A stretch of 64,000 nt of DNA from Candidatus Bathyarchaeota archaeon (GCA_018396955.1 JAGTQI010000001.1:6467-70466), one strand, 5' to 3'. Shown: positions 52,173 through 61,708, counted from the stretch's first letter. Notes: a model not told the origin generated them from the letters alone. A program made the numbers and translations.

Positions 52173-54086
52173 ATGGGAAAACAAGTTACTTTAAATGGTA
52201 AAGTTGCTGAAGAAACCATCCCACTTGGCAAAATTAAATGTTTTATATCTGGAAAATTGCGTAACGATACTCCTGAAGAACAAGTACGACAGGAAATAGC
52301 AAAAAGCCTGGTTGAAGAGTATGGTTACAAGAAAGAGGACATTGAGCTTGGTTTTCCAATAAGAGCTGGGAGACGTGTGAAATTCGCAGATATCGTAATT
52401 TTTTACGATGACCGGGTACATAAACAGGAGAATATTTACATTATTGCTGAAACAAAATCAGAAAATGTCAAGCCCTCTCACAAGGAAAGCGGGATTGATC
52501 AATTAAAATCATATCTGTCGGTTTGTTTGAACGCCAAGTTTGGTCTATGGGTTGGTAGTGAAAGAATCGCTTTAGAAGTCGTGGAAAAAGAGGGAATAAG
52601 AGAGTTTGTCGATATTCCTGATTTACCGAGGCGAGGTGAAACAACCCCGCCAAAACCCACCAGGGGCTGGTTGGTTCCTGCAATTAACTTAAAATCTGTG
52701 TTCAAAAGAATTCATAATTACATTTATGCAAACCAAGGCTTACAGAAGGACAAGGCATTCGAAGAGTTGTTAAAACTGATTTTCATAAAAGTTTACGATG
52801 AGAGATTTAATCCGTCCATCAGGTTTTATATAATGCCGAAGGAAAGCATCCACGATGTTAGAAATCGCTTATTAGAGGTTTTTCAAAAGGTAAAAGATAG
52901 ATGGAAATACATTTTCAAGCCTGAAGAAACAATTGAACTGAATGATCAAGTTTTGAAATATGCGGTTTCGGAACTTCAGAGATTTACTCTTGGGGAAACA
53001 GACGTAGACATTAAAGGTGAAGCATATGAAGAAATAGTTGGGCCAAATCTAAGAGGAGACAGAGGAGAGTTCTTTACACCAAGAAACCTCTGCAGAATGA
53101 CAATAGATATGCTGTTTTCACTTGTTCCCGAGGACAAATTGCTGACTCCTGGAGGGTTCAGAATTCTGGATCCAGCTGTTGGAACAGGGGGCTTTCTCAT
53201 TGTTGGTATACAGAGGATAAGGCAAATGCTTTCCCAGAAAGGATATAATTATGACAGGTTGAGAGATGCTGTTAAGGAAATCGCTGAAACAAACTTTTTT
53301 GGAATAGACTTTAATCCGTTTCTTGTTAAAGTTGCCCAAATGAATATGGTCGTACATGGAGATGGTTCTATAAACATGGTTCACGCTAATTCCCTGGCTC
53401 ATCCTTCCACGTGGTCTGACGAAGTACTTGAAAGACTCTTTCCTGACGATGTAAGGAGAAATGAAGGCGTCGTGAATCTCAGAAATAATCTTAAAACACT
53501 AGAAAGGCCCTCAGAGGTAGAACATTTTCTCTCAAAATTCGATGTTGTAGTTACTAATCCGCCTTTCGGTACAAAAGCCCTTATTGACGATCCTGCAATA
53601 CTTTCCCAATTTGAAATTTGGACTTTTGAATCTGCGTCGAGAAGAAAGTCGCTACCCCCTGAACAGCTTTTCATTGAAAGGTGCCTACAGTTCCTGAAGC
53701 CTGGCGGTGTGCTTGGAATAGTATTGCCAGATAGCATTTTAAGCAATCCTGGGCTATTGTGGATAAGAAAATGGATACTGTTTAAGGCTTATGTTTTGGC
53801 AAGTGTGGACATGCCAACAGAAACGTTTGAACCGCATACTGGGACTCAAACAAGCATATTGATTCTAAGGAAGAAACACGTTGAGGAACAAAAACTGAAA
53901 AAGAATTATGAAATTTTTATGGCTATTCCTGAAAAAGTTGGACATGATAGACGGGGAAATCCTGTATACAAACTCACGTCTGAGGGGAAAATAGCCTTAG
54001 ATGAAAAGGGGCAACCAATTATAGAAGACCATCTTCCACTGGTGTCTAAACTTTTTAGAGAATGGGTAGGTCAAAAATTTGGTTAG
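52173..54086 (+). CDS. N6-adenine DNA methyltransferase (type I HsdM-like, gamma class) with N-terminal HsdR_N-type PD-(D/E)XK domain
   Basis: N-terminus: FADIVIF...IYIIAETKS (D..ExK). Motif I ILDPAVGTGGFLI, motif IV VVTNPPFG. Confidence 0.8.
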   Translation: MGKQVTLNGKVAEETIPLGKIKCFISGKLRNDTPEEQVRQEIAKSLVEEYGYKKEDIELGFPIRAGRRVKFADIVIFYDDRVHKQENIYIIAETKSENVKPSHKESGIDQLKSYLSVCLNAKFGLWVGSERIALEVVEKEGIREFVDIPDLPRRGETTPPKPTRGWLVPAINLKSVFKRIHNYIYANQGLQKDKAFEELLKLIFIKVYDERFNPSIRFYIMPKESIHDVRNRLLEVFQKVKDRWKYIFKPEETIELNDQVLKYAVSELQRFTLGETDVDIKGEAYEEIVGPNLRGDRGEFFTPRNLCRMTIDMLFSLVPEDKLLTPGGFRILDPAVGTGGFLIVGIQRIRQMLSQKGYNYDRLRDAVKEIAETNFFGIDFNPFLVKVAQMNMVVHGDGSINMVHANSLAHPSTWSDEVLERLFPDDVRRNEGVVNLRNNLKTLERPSEVEHFLSKFDVVVTNPPFGTKALIDDPAILSQFEIWTFESASRRKSLPPEQLFIERCLQFLKPGGVLGIVLPDSILSNPGLLWIRKWILFKAYVLASVDMPTETFEPHTGTQTSILILRKKHVEEQKLKKNYEIFMAIPEKVGHDRRGNPVYKLTSEGKIALDEKGQPIIEDHLPLVSKLFREWVGQKFG

Positions 54087-55530
54087 TGATTCGATAACCC
54101 CCTTCCATTGGAATGTTATAAAAAGCGAATGGATTTGTTCCGAGCCATCTCAAAGATTAGATGCGAATTTCTATGCTAAAGACATTGTAGAAGCCAGAAT
54201 TCTACTTAACAGGATGAAAGAAAAAGGCGTAAAATTAAAAACTTTAAATGATCCTTCTTTTGTTAGCCAGATCTTTTGGCCTGCACGATTTAAAAGAAAG
54301 TATGCTGCGGATGAAAATGGAAGGCCGTTCTTAACACCAAAAGAGATTTTCCAATTTCTAATCAAACCAAGCAAGTTTATAGTAGATCCCCCTGAAAATT
54401 TACTAATAAAAGAGAAGTGGATCTTAGTAACAAGATCAGGTAGCATAGGAAGGTGCCTAATCGCAAACACAATTTTATCAAACTATGTGGTTTCTGATGA
54501 TTTGATAAGAATAATTTTGAATGATGAAAAATATTTGGGGTATATCTATGCTTTTTTAAATACATGGATAGGCCAGGCGTTTCTAACAAAAACACCTTAT
54601 GGAGAAACCGTTAAACACATAGAGCCTGAGCACATAGCGAACATTCCATTACCATTACTCTCCGAATCTGACTTGAAAGAGATTAATGAAAAAATATTGG
54701 AAGCCTACAAGCTTAGAGAAGAAGCCCAAAAATTACTACTTGAGGCTGAAAAAATATTCCGTAAAGAATTAGAGCTACCTCTATTACATGATAATTCCAT
54801 TGACTATTTTGGCGGGGAAAATGGCAAGCTAATCAAGGCGTTTACTCTGAATTCAGATGAATTCTTCACATCCCAAATTAGGCTCAATGCCTATTCTTAT
54901 ATGCCAATTTCTAGGTACACGAGAAAAACTCTTAATGAAAGAAAAGGGAAGTACAATTTGAAAAAATTGGGGGATCCTGAAGTCTCGCGGAAAGTTTTCA
55001 CGCCTCCAAGATTTAAAAGAATTTACGTGAAGAATGAAAAAGAGGGGATTCCCTTACTGCAAGGCTCGCACATTCCTATGCTGAAATATTTTGACATCAA
55101 GTTGATTTGGAATAAAATGGAAAATCTAAACGAGTACATCATTAAAAGGAATTGGATATTGGTAACGTGTTCAGGGACTATTGGAAGGGTTTTTCTTGTA
55201 AGTAAGCTTTGTGAAGGATGGGCCGCGACTAATCACATGACAAGAATTATACCTTCCGAAAAAATAAATGCAGGGTATCTCACAATATTCTTACAATCTC
55301 CCTATGGCTTATCACAACTTCAAACATTAATTTATGGCGGGGTTGTAGAGGAATTGGGTGAAGCAGGCGAATTACTTAGTGAAATATTAGTTCCTATACC
55401 CTCCGATACAGCACAAGAGAAAATTGGAAATTTGGTTATTGAAGCATATGAGAAGAAAGATCAAGCGAATATGCTTGAAAACAAGGCTGTTAAAGCCTTG
55501 GAAGAAAAGTTGGTTGAGGCTGCGAAATGA
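54079..55530 (+). CDS. Type I restriction-modification specificity subunit (HsdS-like, two TRDs)
   Basis: Internal duplication (WILVTRSGSIGRCLIAN / WILVTCSGTIGRVFLVS) separated and followed by conserved helical spacers. 8-nt overlap with the MTase gene. Confidence 0.65.
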   Translation: MVSDSITPFHWNVIKSEWICSEPSQRLDANFYAKDIVEARILLNRMKEKGVKLKTLNDPSFVSQIFWPARFKRKYAADENGRPFLTPKEIFQFLIKPSKFIVDPPENLLIKEKWILVTRSGSIGRCLIANTILSNYVVSDDLIRIILNDEKYLGYIYAFLNTWIGQAFLTKTPYGETVKHIEPEHIANIPLPLLSESDLKEINEKILEAYKLREEAQKLLLEAEKIFRKELELPLLHDNSIDYFGGENGKLIKAFTLNSDEFFTSQIRLNAYSYMPISRYTRKTLNERKGKYNLKKLGDPEVSRKVFTPPRFKRIYVKNEKEGIPLLQGSHIPMLKYFDIKLIWNKMENLNEYIIKRNWILVTCSGTIGRVFLVSKLCEGWAATNHMTRIIPSEKINAGYLTIFLQSPYGLSQLQTLIYGGVVEELGEAGELLSEILVPIPSDTAQEKIGNLVIEAYEKKDQANMLENKAVKALEEKLVEAAK

Positions 55531-56687
55531 AAGAAAATGCAAGTTTGGGCGCGGTTGACGTAAAAGAAATTAAAAATCAATTTAAAGCTATCGTCGAATG
55601 CGTTAAAAAACATGGAAAGCTCATAAAGAATCCTCTTCTAGAGCCAGCAGAAGAAGAATTGCCAATAGATCTAGAGAAAAGAGAAGATGATGAAAAATTT
55701 AGGAAAAGAGAATGTTTTAACATTGAAGTTCCAGAGAATTATGAAAGGCCATATGTACCGCTTGGTGAACCTCTTCATCGCGAAAAGAAGCATCTTTTCA
55801 GATTTTTCTTGGATGGCAGCCTAAAAACTTATTACTTAGGCGAATACATAATTCCAGCCCTTTCTTTTCCATTCATGGCTGGAGAAATCGCGGCTGCATG
55901 CCTATTTAGAAATAACAACGGGACTCTTTCTGTTCCTCTAAATGGCTTTAAAAGGAGAATTTGCTTGCTTTTTCCAAATAAATCTCTTCTTCCGGACAGC
56001 TTACAAATAGAACTTGAGGAAACAACCAAAAAACTTGAGAGTTATAGTGGTTTAAAGGTCGAACCTCAATATACAGAGGAAACGGAATCAAAAGATTGGA
56101 GATCCTCTTTAAGAGCTAAAGGAATTTCGGAAATGCACGAAACCGAGGTTCAATTGGCCAAATCTGTAAGAGAAAATTCAGCTACAGGATGGCTAGTTAT
56201 TGATGGTGCTATAAGAAAAAAAATGTTTTTAGACTTGGAAAATGTAATCGGTCTGGCAAAATCTTTCAGCAGACTACCAATTTTTGAGATAGAAAATCGA
56301 ACAACGTTGGACATAGTAAAGCTTCTAGCAAGATTAGGAGAAGGGGAAAGAACAATCATTTTCAAGCAAGGGATCGCAGAAGGAGACGCTGAGAGCAGCG
56401 TTAAAAAAGTTCTGGGTTTTTGGTACCTTAGATTAAGAACAGGTGAATGGTTAGAAAATCCTCTACAAGGTGTTGTAAAAGTGGAGATGAAAATTGAAAA
56501 AGATGTTGTGGACTCTAAAACAATAGATGTTGTTAACGAGGTTTCAAAAGCTTTGCTAGCGGAAAGAACTGTATCGCCTTATCCAACTCCCAGATGGCAC
56601 GCCCATATCTACCCTATTTACGTGGCTGAAAACTATATTAAAAGTAATTTTCTATCACAATATTATTTTAGAGGGTTATTGGCATGA
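55527..56687 (+). CDS. NurA-like nuclease
   Basis: RFFLDGSLKTYY and GWLVIDGAI resemble NurA Asp motifs. 4-nt overlaps with the hsdS-like and herA-like genes. Confidence 0.5.
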   Translation: MKENASLGAVDVKEIKNQFKAIVECVKKHGKLIKNPLLEPAEEELPIDLEKREDDEKFRKRECFNIEVPENYERPYVPLGEPLHREKKHLFRFFLDGSLKTYYLGEYIIPALSFPFMAGEIAAACLFRNNNGTLSVPLNGFKRRICLLFPNKSLLPDSLQIELEETTKKLESYSGLKVEPQYTEETESKDWRSSLRAKGISEMHETEVQLAKSVRENSATGWLVIDGAIRKKMFLDLENVIGLAKSFSRLPIFEIENRTTLDIVKLLARLGEGERTIIFKQGIAEGDAESSVKKVLGFWYLRLRTGEWLENPLQGVVKVEMKIEKDVVDSKTIDVVNEVSKALLAERTVSPYPTPRWHAHIYPIYVAENYIKSNFLSQYYFRGLLA

Positions 56688-58384
56688 GCAACAAAAAAGA
56701 AGAAAAAGGGGAAATCATCGGGAAAACAACAGCCACAGAGAGATTCCCAAACACAGTGGAGGAATTCTATTTCTGGGTTGAACCAGGGAAAATTATAAAT
56801 CCTTTCGATTTTGTGTCCGTTGAACATGTTAAAGATACTACTACAATTGGTTTAGTTTCCTCAATGAAGTTAATAACCGACGCTAAATCACAATTAGCTG
56901 ATTATGTAAGCAGCGAATTCGGCAAAGTAGAATCGGTGCCTCAAACTCCTAGAATAGAGACAACAGTCGCAAAGGCAAAGGTTATGTCTAATATTTCTGC
57001 CGAGCTTCCAATCGAAGTGCTGATGCCGGTTAGCGCAAATAAAATTGTAAGGTTCGCTGTAGAAGACGAGGTTCGAGCCGGATTAGGTCTTCTATTAGTT
57101 CCAGAAGAAAAAAGAATTCCAATAGGAGTTATAGAAATGAGTAACGGCACTCAAGTGCTTGTTTTTGTTGACTCTGAATATTTACTAGGCCCTCAAGGTG
57201 CCCATTTGAATATTTCAGGCATAACGGGTTTGGCAACGAAAACCTCGTATTTAATGTTCTTGATTCAAACAATTTACCAGAAGATGAAAGATAGTGTTGC
57301 GATCATTATTTTTAATGTAAAACAAGATGATCTATTACACTTAAATGAAGAACCAACTGATATCACTAAGGATGACGAAGAAATGTATGAAATCGTTAGG
57401 ATTGACAAGCACACATTCCCCATTAACGATCCTCAAAAAGAGGTGAGAGGAATAAAATACTTCTTACCTCGCGGTTTTCGGGGACAACCAAACTCAGCTT
57501 ATATCCCGCAAACAGGATACTACATTTACGCTTATGCCCTTTCGGATGTTCATAATAGACTTGATCTGCTTTTCCATGGCGTGCCTGATCCTTACCTAAC
57601 AATGCGCGGTATAATTGATTTTATAATGGAAAGATATGGCCAGCTTCGATTTAGAAACAACGTAACAGATCCTATCACTGGACAAATAGTGAGAAGAGCG
57701 GGATCTCCAGTTGTCACATGGGAGGACCTAAAACTTTTCGAAGATTATCCAAGAGAGGTCGTACGGTACGAGCGGACAGCGTGGAGATTTAGAGGGTTAT
57801 TAAGACAATTTACAACCTCGCACCTATTTGTCAATCAACGCTCTCAAACTGAAGTTTATCTAGGCGAGGAAATTAAAAAAGTCAAAGCTGGAGAAATCTA
57901 CGTTATTGATATTGCAAAAATAACTGATGAAAGGGAGCAAGCATTCATAATAGGAGATGTTATGAGATCCCTTGATGAAATGTATGGTGAAAGAGCAAGC
58001 GAAGAAATACCATCAAAAATCATCATTCTAATTGACGAGTTAAACAGATACGCGCCTAAGGCTGGAGGATTTGAAGAAGTATCGCCAGTAACAGAGCAAA
58101 TACGAGAAATAGCAAGAACAGGAAGATCGAGAGGAACTATTCTGTTTACTGCCGAACAGTTCAAAAGCTCCGTTGATAGGCAAATAATAGAAAATTCCGC
58201 CATGCAAGTTGTCGGTAGAACTGGAAGCTCTGAACTGACATCAGATGTTTATAGGTTTCTTGATCCGGATATAAAAGATATAGCTACTCGACTTGAAAAA
58301 GGCGAACTTATAATTTCACATCCAACATTTAGAAAGGCAATAAAAATAAGGTTCCCTAAACCCTACTACAAAAGAATAGGCTGA
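56684..58384 (+). CDS. HerA-like (FtsK-HerA superfamily, DUF87-type) ATPase
   Basis: N-terminal barrel-like segment (GEIIGKTTATE..FYFWV..FDFVSVEH..TIGLVSSM), P-loop region ISGITGLATKTS (deviant), Walker B KIIILIDELNRYAP, RSRGTILFTAEQ. Confidence 0.6.
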   Translation: MSNKKEEKGEIIGKTTATERFPNTVEEFYFWVEPGKIINPFDFVSVEHVKDTTTIGLVSSMKLITDAKSQLADYVSSEFGKVESVPQTPRIETTVAKAKVMSNISAELPIEVLMPVSANKIVRFAVEDEVRAGLGLLLVPEEKRIPIGVIEMSNGTQVLVFVDSEYLLGPQGAHLNISGITGLATKTSYLMFLIQTIYQKMKDSVAIIIFNVKQDDLLHLNEEPTDITKDDEEMYEIVRIDKHTFPINDPQKEVRGIKYFLPRGFRGQPNSAYIPQTGYYIYAYALSDVHNRLDLLFHGVPDPYLTMRGIIDFIMERYGQLRFRNNVTDPITGQIVRRAGSPVVTWEDLKLFEDYPREVVRYERTAWRFRGLLRQFTTSHLFVNQRSQTEVYLGEEIKKVKAGEIYVIDIAKITDEREQAFIIGDVMRSLDEMYGERASEEIPSKIIILIDELNRYAPKAGGFEEVSPVTEQIREIARTGRSRGTILFTAEQFKSSVDRQIIENSAMQVVGRTGSSELTSDVYRFLDPDIKDIATRLEKGELIISHPTFRKAIKIRFPKPYYKRIG

Positions 58385-58425
58385 TAGAATTCATATACTA
58401 TTGCTAGCAAAATATCTTAATAACC

Positions 58426-59619
58426 ATGAAAATATTGCTCGTTCAACCAGATTTCCCTCGCTCTCCTAAAAGTGAATATTTCAATCTATTTTTACCCATT
58501 GGGTTGCTTAAATTAGCGTCCTATTATCGTGACAAGGGGCATCAAGTAAGATTAGTTATGGGTAACAAAATTCTTGAAAACTTTTATCCTGACAAGATTA
58601 TGATTACATCCTTATTTACCTACTGGGCAGAGCACACCAAAAAATGCGTCGAATTTTACAAAGCCAACTTCCCCAATGCCAAAATTATTGTCGGTGGAAT
58701 TTATGCATCTCTCTTGCCTAAACATTGTAAAGAATTCACAGGCTGCGACCAGGTATTCATAGGTATTCATAAATCTGCTGAAAAATGTAAACCAGCTTAC
58801 GATTTACTGTTTAATCCAAATCCCCCATACCAAATAATTCATACATCAAGGGGATGCATAAGGAAATGTCCTTTCTGTGGCGTATGGAGAATTGAAAATG
58901 AGCTAACATTTAAGAAATCAATTAAAAAAGAGATATGCTCAAATAAACTCATTTTTTTCGATAATAACCTGTTAGCAAATCCTTACATAAAGAATATCCT
59001 TAATGAAATCGCAAATTCAAACTTCAACGGAAAACCAATAAGATGTGAAGCTGTCTGCGGAATTGATTATAGAATACTACTTAAAAACCCTGAGCTCGCA
59101 ACCCTTTTGAAAAAAGCTAGATTTGAAAAAATTAGAATCGCCTGGGATTGGCATTACATCGAACATGAAGAAATTGAAAAGGCGCTCAGAACACTGATGA
59201 CCGCGGGATATAGGAATAAAGACATTTATGTATTTATGATATATAATTGGGAAATACCTTTTCAAGAGATGGAACAGAAGCGAATAAAATGCTGGCAATG
59301 GAAAGTTCAAATCGCCGACTGTAGATATAGACCTATAGATCAGATATATGACAATTATAACTCTGGCAGACGGCAAACAGCAGAAGATTACTATATTCAC
59401 CCAAAGTGGACCGACGACGAGGTGAAACAATTTAGAAAAAACGTACGTAGGCAAAATATCTGTATAAGATTTAACCTATTATACTACTCAAGGACTTTAG
59501 AGAAGCGACTGCTTTCTCCAGATGAAACTCTTAAACTCAAAAAATTATCTCCAGAAGAGGCAAAGAAGAAATTAAAAGATGTATGGGATCCCTCTCATAT
59601 ATCATACCCTCCCTCATAG
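58426..59619 (+). CDS. Radical SAM enzyme with N-terminal B12-binding-like domain
   Basis: MKILLVQPDF..LPIGLLKLASYYRDKGHQVRL (cobalamin-binding-domain-like), then SRGCIRKCPFCGVW (CxxxCxxC). Confidence 0.6.
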   Translation: MKILLVQPDFPRSPKSEYFNLFLPIGLLKLASYYRDKGHQVRLVMGNKILENFYPDKIMITSLFTYWAEHTKKCVEFYKANFPNAKIIVGGIYASLLPKHCKEFTGCDQVFIGIHKSAEKCKPAYDLLFNPNPPYQIIHTSRGCIRKCPFCGVWRIENELTFKKSIKKEICSNKLIFFDNNLLANPYIKNILNEIANSNFNGKPIRCEAVCGIDYRILLKNPELATLLKKARFEKIRIAWDWHYIEHEEIEKALRTLMTAGYRNKDIYVFMIYNWEIPFQEMEQKRIKCWQWKVQIADCRYRPIDQIYDNYNSGRRQTAEDYYIHPKWTDDEVKQFRKNVRRQNICIRFNLLYYSRTLEKRLLSPDETLKLKKLSPEEAKKKLKDVWDPSHISYPPS

Positions 59620-59687
59620 GCTTAAACTATTAAAGGTCACGAAAACGAACGCATTAAAAGCGCATAGGGAAATAGAGATGATTGTTG

Positions 59688-60995
59688 TTAGTATTTTTTG
59701 ATTAGTATTTTTTGTGATGGTAGTATGCTTACAAACTGCCATCCTTCCGCCAAGTATTTCTCAAGCTCCTTCTCGTGGATTATCCTTTGCGGGTTATGTT
59801 TTCCTTCTCTAAGTTTTTTCAGTTCCCTCTCGTAAAGCTCAAGTTCCTCATCCTTGCTAAGCTCCCTTCCAATTTGCCTTTCCTTTGCAACCTTAACGTC
59901 TAGCAAGTCTATTCCTAGGAGGCTTTTAGCCATACTTTTCAAGGCTTCAATTTTGGCTTCCTTGATTATGCTCGACTGCTCTAGGGGCTGGGTTGCCGTG
60001 CTTAGGAAGGGCTCGCATTCGCGGTAGCATTTGCGCATGCCTTCAATCATGTCTGACGGTAATACGCCTTTATTCGTGCTGTATCTTGCTTCTATGTCGC
60101 CCTTATGCCCCATAATAAACTGCAAGTATGGGTGGCTTATCTTGCCCTTAGACTCTGCTATAATCATGTTTGTGTCACAGTAAGCCCGTAGCACATAAGG
60201 CCTCCAATTGAAGCCAGCCCTCAAAATGGCTTCGCGAATATCCCTCGTCACAAGCGTAGTCCTCAAAAACCTGTTCTTTTTAACTCCCCTAGGGTCAAAG
60301 CCCAGCAACGGAGAATCTTTGCTTAACTCTTCACCCTGCTTAACCCTTTCCTCCAAATACTCTTCAATGTAGGTTATTGTCTGTTGCGGCACAAAGGTGA
60401 AGTATTGGTGTCTAGCCTTGCTTAATCCTCTTCTAACCACGAGCATGGTTGGAACTTTGGTGAATGTTATGCCTTCTTCATTCACTTCGGCTTCTACGAA
60501 ATCTCCAAGCCTTATACCATCTGTGCCCGTATAGTTGCCTAGGCTTTGTGGTCTTATGCCGCTGAAGGCCATGAGGGCTATTGAAACCCTTGCTCTCGGA
60601 GTTGCCATTCTTAGGATTCTGTCAAGCTCCTCTTTGCTTGGAACCCTCTCATTGGCTATGGTTGGTGTTTCATGCTCCCCTCTAACATTAACCTTAAGCC
60701 TTACATCCAAGCCGTTGTAGCTGAACCAGGAATGCAAGGTCTTCTTAAACCTGGCAATGTAGGAGCCTGCCTTGCCCTCACGCTCAAGCCTTCGCACAAA
60801 ATCTGTGAAGCCATCCCTGAAAGCCTTGGTCTTGGCAACTTTAAGAATCGCCTTTGGATCAGTCCTGTTAAGCTCGCAATAAAATCCGAGATTTCTAAGG
60901 TAAACAGTTGCCGTCAAATAAGACTTAGCCGCCAGATTATCAAACCAGCGTCGGACATCCTCATCCTCAAGGAGATACGCGTACTTAGCCCTCAA
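59688..60995 (-). CDS. Tyrosine integrase (phage-integrase family) adjacent to tRNA-Ala
   Basis: ALMAFSGIRPQSL (Arg), LRAYCDT, FIMGHKGDIEARY (His..Tyr). Its start faces the 3' end of the tRNA gene. Confidence 0.8.
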   Translation of the reverse strand: MRAKYAYLLEDEDVRRWFDNLAAKSYLTATVYLRNLGFYCELNRTDPKAILKVAKTKAFRDGFTDFVRRLEREGKAGSYIARFKKTLHSWFSYNGLDVRLKVNVRGEHETPTIANERVPSKEELDRILRMATPRARVSIALMAFSGIRPQSLGNYTGTDGIRLGDFVEAEVNEEGITFTKVPTMLVVRRGLSKARHQYFTFVPQQTITYIEEYLEERVKQGEELSKDSPLLGFDPRGVKKNRFLRTTLVTRDIREAILRAGFNWRPYVLRAYCDTNMIIAESKGKISHPYLQFIMGHKGDIEARYSTNKGVLPSDMIEGMRKCYRECEPFLSTATQPLEQSSIIKEAKIEALKSMAKSLLGIDLLDVKVAKERQIGRELSKDEELELYERELKKLREGKHNPQRIIHEKELEKYLAEGWQFVSILPSQKILIKKY

Positions 60996-61053
60996 CCCTC
61001 ATCAAATAATGGAATGCTTGACGTTATATTTAAGGATTCGCTTAAAAAATTAA

Positions 61054-61066
61054 GTGGACCGGGCGG
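61054..61066. repeat. Proximal copy of the 13-nt att-like repeat (3' end of tRNA-Ala)
   Basis: gtggaccgggcgg is identical to 5073-5085. Confidence 0.5.
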
Positions 61067-61129
61067 GATTTGAACCCGCGACCTCAGCGATGCCAACGCT
61101 GCGATCGTTCCAGGCTGATCTACCGGCCC
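61055..61129 (-). tRNA. tRNA-Ala (anticodon GGC)
   Basis: Manual cloverleaf: acceptor GGGCCGG/CCGGTCC with G3:U70 (the Ala identity pair), D-stem GATC/GATC, anticodon stem CAGCG/CGCTG, loop TTGGCAT, T-arm GCGGG-TTCAAAT-CCCGC, discriminator A; CCA not encoded. Confidence 0.85.
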
Positions 61130-61203
61130 CAAGATGTAAACGTTGCGAGACGTTTATTAAGGATTTTGCTATCAGAATAGTTTAATACTCTTGCGAATAT
61201 CCT

Positions 61204-61662
61204 TTGTTTTGTTGGAGGCTGCTGAGTTTGGCTGGAATTGTTCTTGTTAGGGATGTCATGTCGAAGAATGTTCGTGTTGTGCGTCCCGACTCGAGCGCTA
61301 AAGAAGTTGTTGCTACAATGAACAAGTTTGATATAGGTTCTGTTGTGGTTGTTCAGGGTGAGAGACCGGTTGGGATAATTACTGAGCGGGATATTTTAAG
61401 GAGGATTGTTGAGCCTTGTTTGGCACCGGAAACTTTGACGGCTAGGCAGATTATGACAAGCCCTGTAGTAACAATTGATGAGAACGCAAGCATAAATGAG
61501 GCTGCCAAGCTAATGGCAAAAAAAGGCATTAAACGCCTCCTTGTCACAAGAAATAACGATGAACTTGTAGGTATTATCACGTTCACCGACATTGTAACAA
61601 AGGTCCCAGACATGCTGAGTATATTAGAAGAGCTTGTAAGACCTCACAGTCGCAAGTACTAG
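61204..61662 (+). CDS. CBS-domain pair protein
   Basis: VRDVMSKNVRVVRPDSS..., IGSVVVV, GIITERDILR, and a second CBS with IKRLLVT, GIITFTDIV. Start uncertain. Confidence 0.75.
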   Translation: MFCWRLLSLAGIVLVRDVMSKNVRVVRPDSSAKEVVATMNKFDIGSVVVVQGERPVGIITERDILRRIVEPCLAPETLTARQIMTSPVVTIDENASINEAAKLMAKKGIKRLLVTRNNDELVGIITFTDIVTKVPDMLSILEELVRPHSRKY

Positions 61663-61708
61663 TTTAGCTTAGTTGGCAGAAGAGGAAAATCTGTTGCAGA
61701 TTCTGGAA

